In this document: positions 23,596-24,000 of the stretch, piece by piece
Layout of the letters: each line of letters starts with the position of its first letter
Position numbering within the stretch: position 1 is the stretch's first letter
NCBI RefSeq assembly: GCF_029319185.1
Contig: NZ_CP119754.1
Coordinates: 4,726,187 to 4,750,186 of the forward strand
DNA length: 24,000 nucleotides
DNA from: Superficieibacter sp. HKU1
GTDB taxonomy: Bacteria > Pseudomonadota > Gammaproteobacteria > Enterobacterales > Enterobacteriaceae
Direction: 5' to 3'
The notes under the pieces: model-generated
What the model was told of the DNA's origin: nothing
The model's input: only the letters and a program-made list of their open reading frames with translations
The model's database searches: none
Program-made: the position numbers and the translations under genes

Positions 23596-24000
23596 ATGCG
23601 AGAGATGTATATCGCAACGCATGGCCACTACGCCGAGGGGATTATCTCCGCTCTGAACCTTCTGATTGGGGACGATCATGGCGTCGAGCCAGTCTGCGCA
23701 TATTGCGGCGAAATCGGTTCTACAGCGGAACTGGCAGTTTATTTTGATGACATTGCCCGCCAGGCGGCAAGCCGCGGCAGCGAACTGGTGCTGTTTACCG
23801 ATATGCCCGGCGGCAGCGTCAATAATACTGCCGTACAGATGATGGTCAAATATCCGCATGCGCATGTTATCAGCGGAGCCAACCTGATTATGCTGATGGA
23901 ATTTTGCATGTCTGAGCATGACGAAACGGCGATGCGATTACAGGATGCGATGGCCGCGGCCAGCGGCGCAATGCAGTACATGAATGACTTGCCGGAAATT
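23596..24000 (+). CDS. PTS mannose-family EIIA component, N-terminal part (runs off the right edge)
   Basis: My own translation: MREMYIATHGHYAEGIISALNLLIG...LFTDMPGGSVNN...ISGANLIMLMEF. These are the EIIA-Man hallmarks (active-site His in ATHG, the D-x-PGGS loop, GANL). SD AAGGAA at 23584-23589. The in-frame ATG at 23578 is an alternative start. It is not in the ORF track because there is no stop within the window. Confidence 0.85.
   Translation, partial: MREMYIATHGHYAEGIISALNLLIGDDHGVEPVCAYCGEIGSTAELAVYFDDIARQAASRGSELVLFTDMPGGSVNNTAVQMMVKYPHAHVISGANLIMLMEFCMSEHDETAMRLQDAMAAASGAMQYMNDLPEI

Overview
Enterobacteriaceae-type chromosomal segment. I saw no rRNA, tRNA, IS element, integrase or CRISPR array. 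It is almost entirely accessory sugar and transport modules: (1) the 5' end of a coiled-coil ScrY/BglH-like porin, divergent from a GH4 phospho-glycosidase, a Lac/cellobiose-family PTS EIIC and a GntR/HutC regulator; (2) rafR-rafA-rafB (alpha-galactoside/raffinose) with two LacI-type palindromic operators; (3) an XRE-cupin regulator divergent from azlCD; (4) the cryptic fructose-like PTS operon frvABXR; (5) an AT-rich three-gene block (MelR-like AraC regulator, NhaC-family transporter, MalY/PatB-type C-S lyase) between convergent frvR and yiiG; (6) the yiiG lipoprotein gene; (7) a LevR/ManR-type sigma-54 activator, then a perfect -24/-12 promoter and the start of a mannose-family PTS EIIA that runs off the right edge. 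The best candidates for undescribed biology are the regulator-transporter-lyase block, the GH4 enzyme with a non-canonical active-site motif paired with an EIIC that has no IIA/IIB partner, the context-orphan MelR-like gene with paired 19-bp boxes, and the sigma-54 PTS locus with an unusual heptamer repeat cluster upstream of its activator. All calls come from reading the sequence and the ORF track, and family assignments come from recalled motifs. No database search was run.
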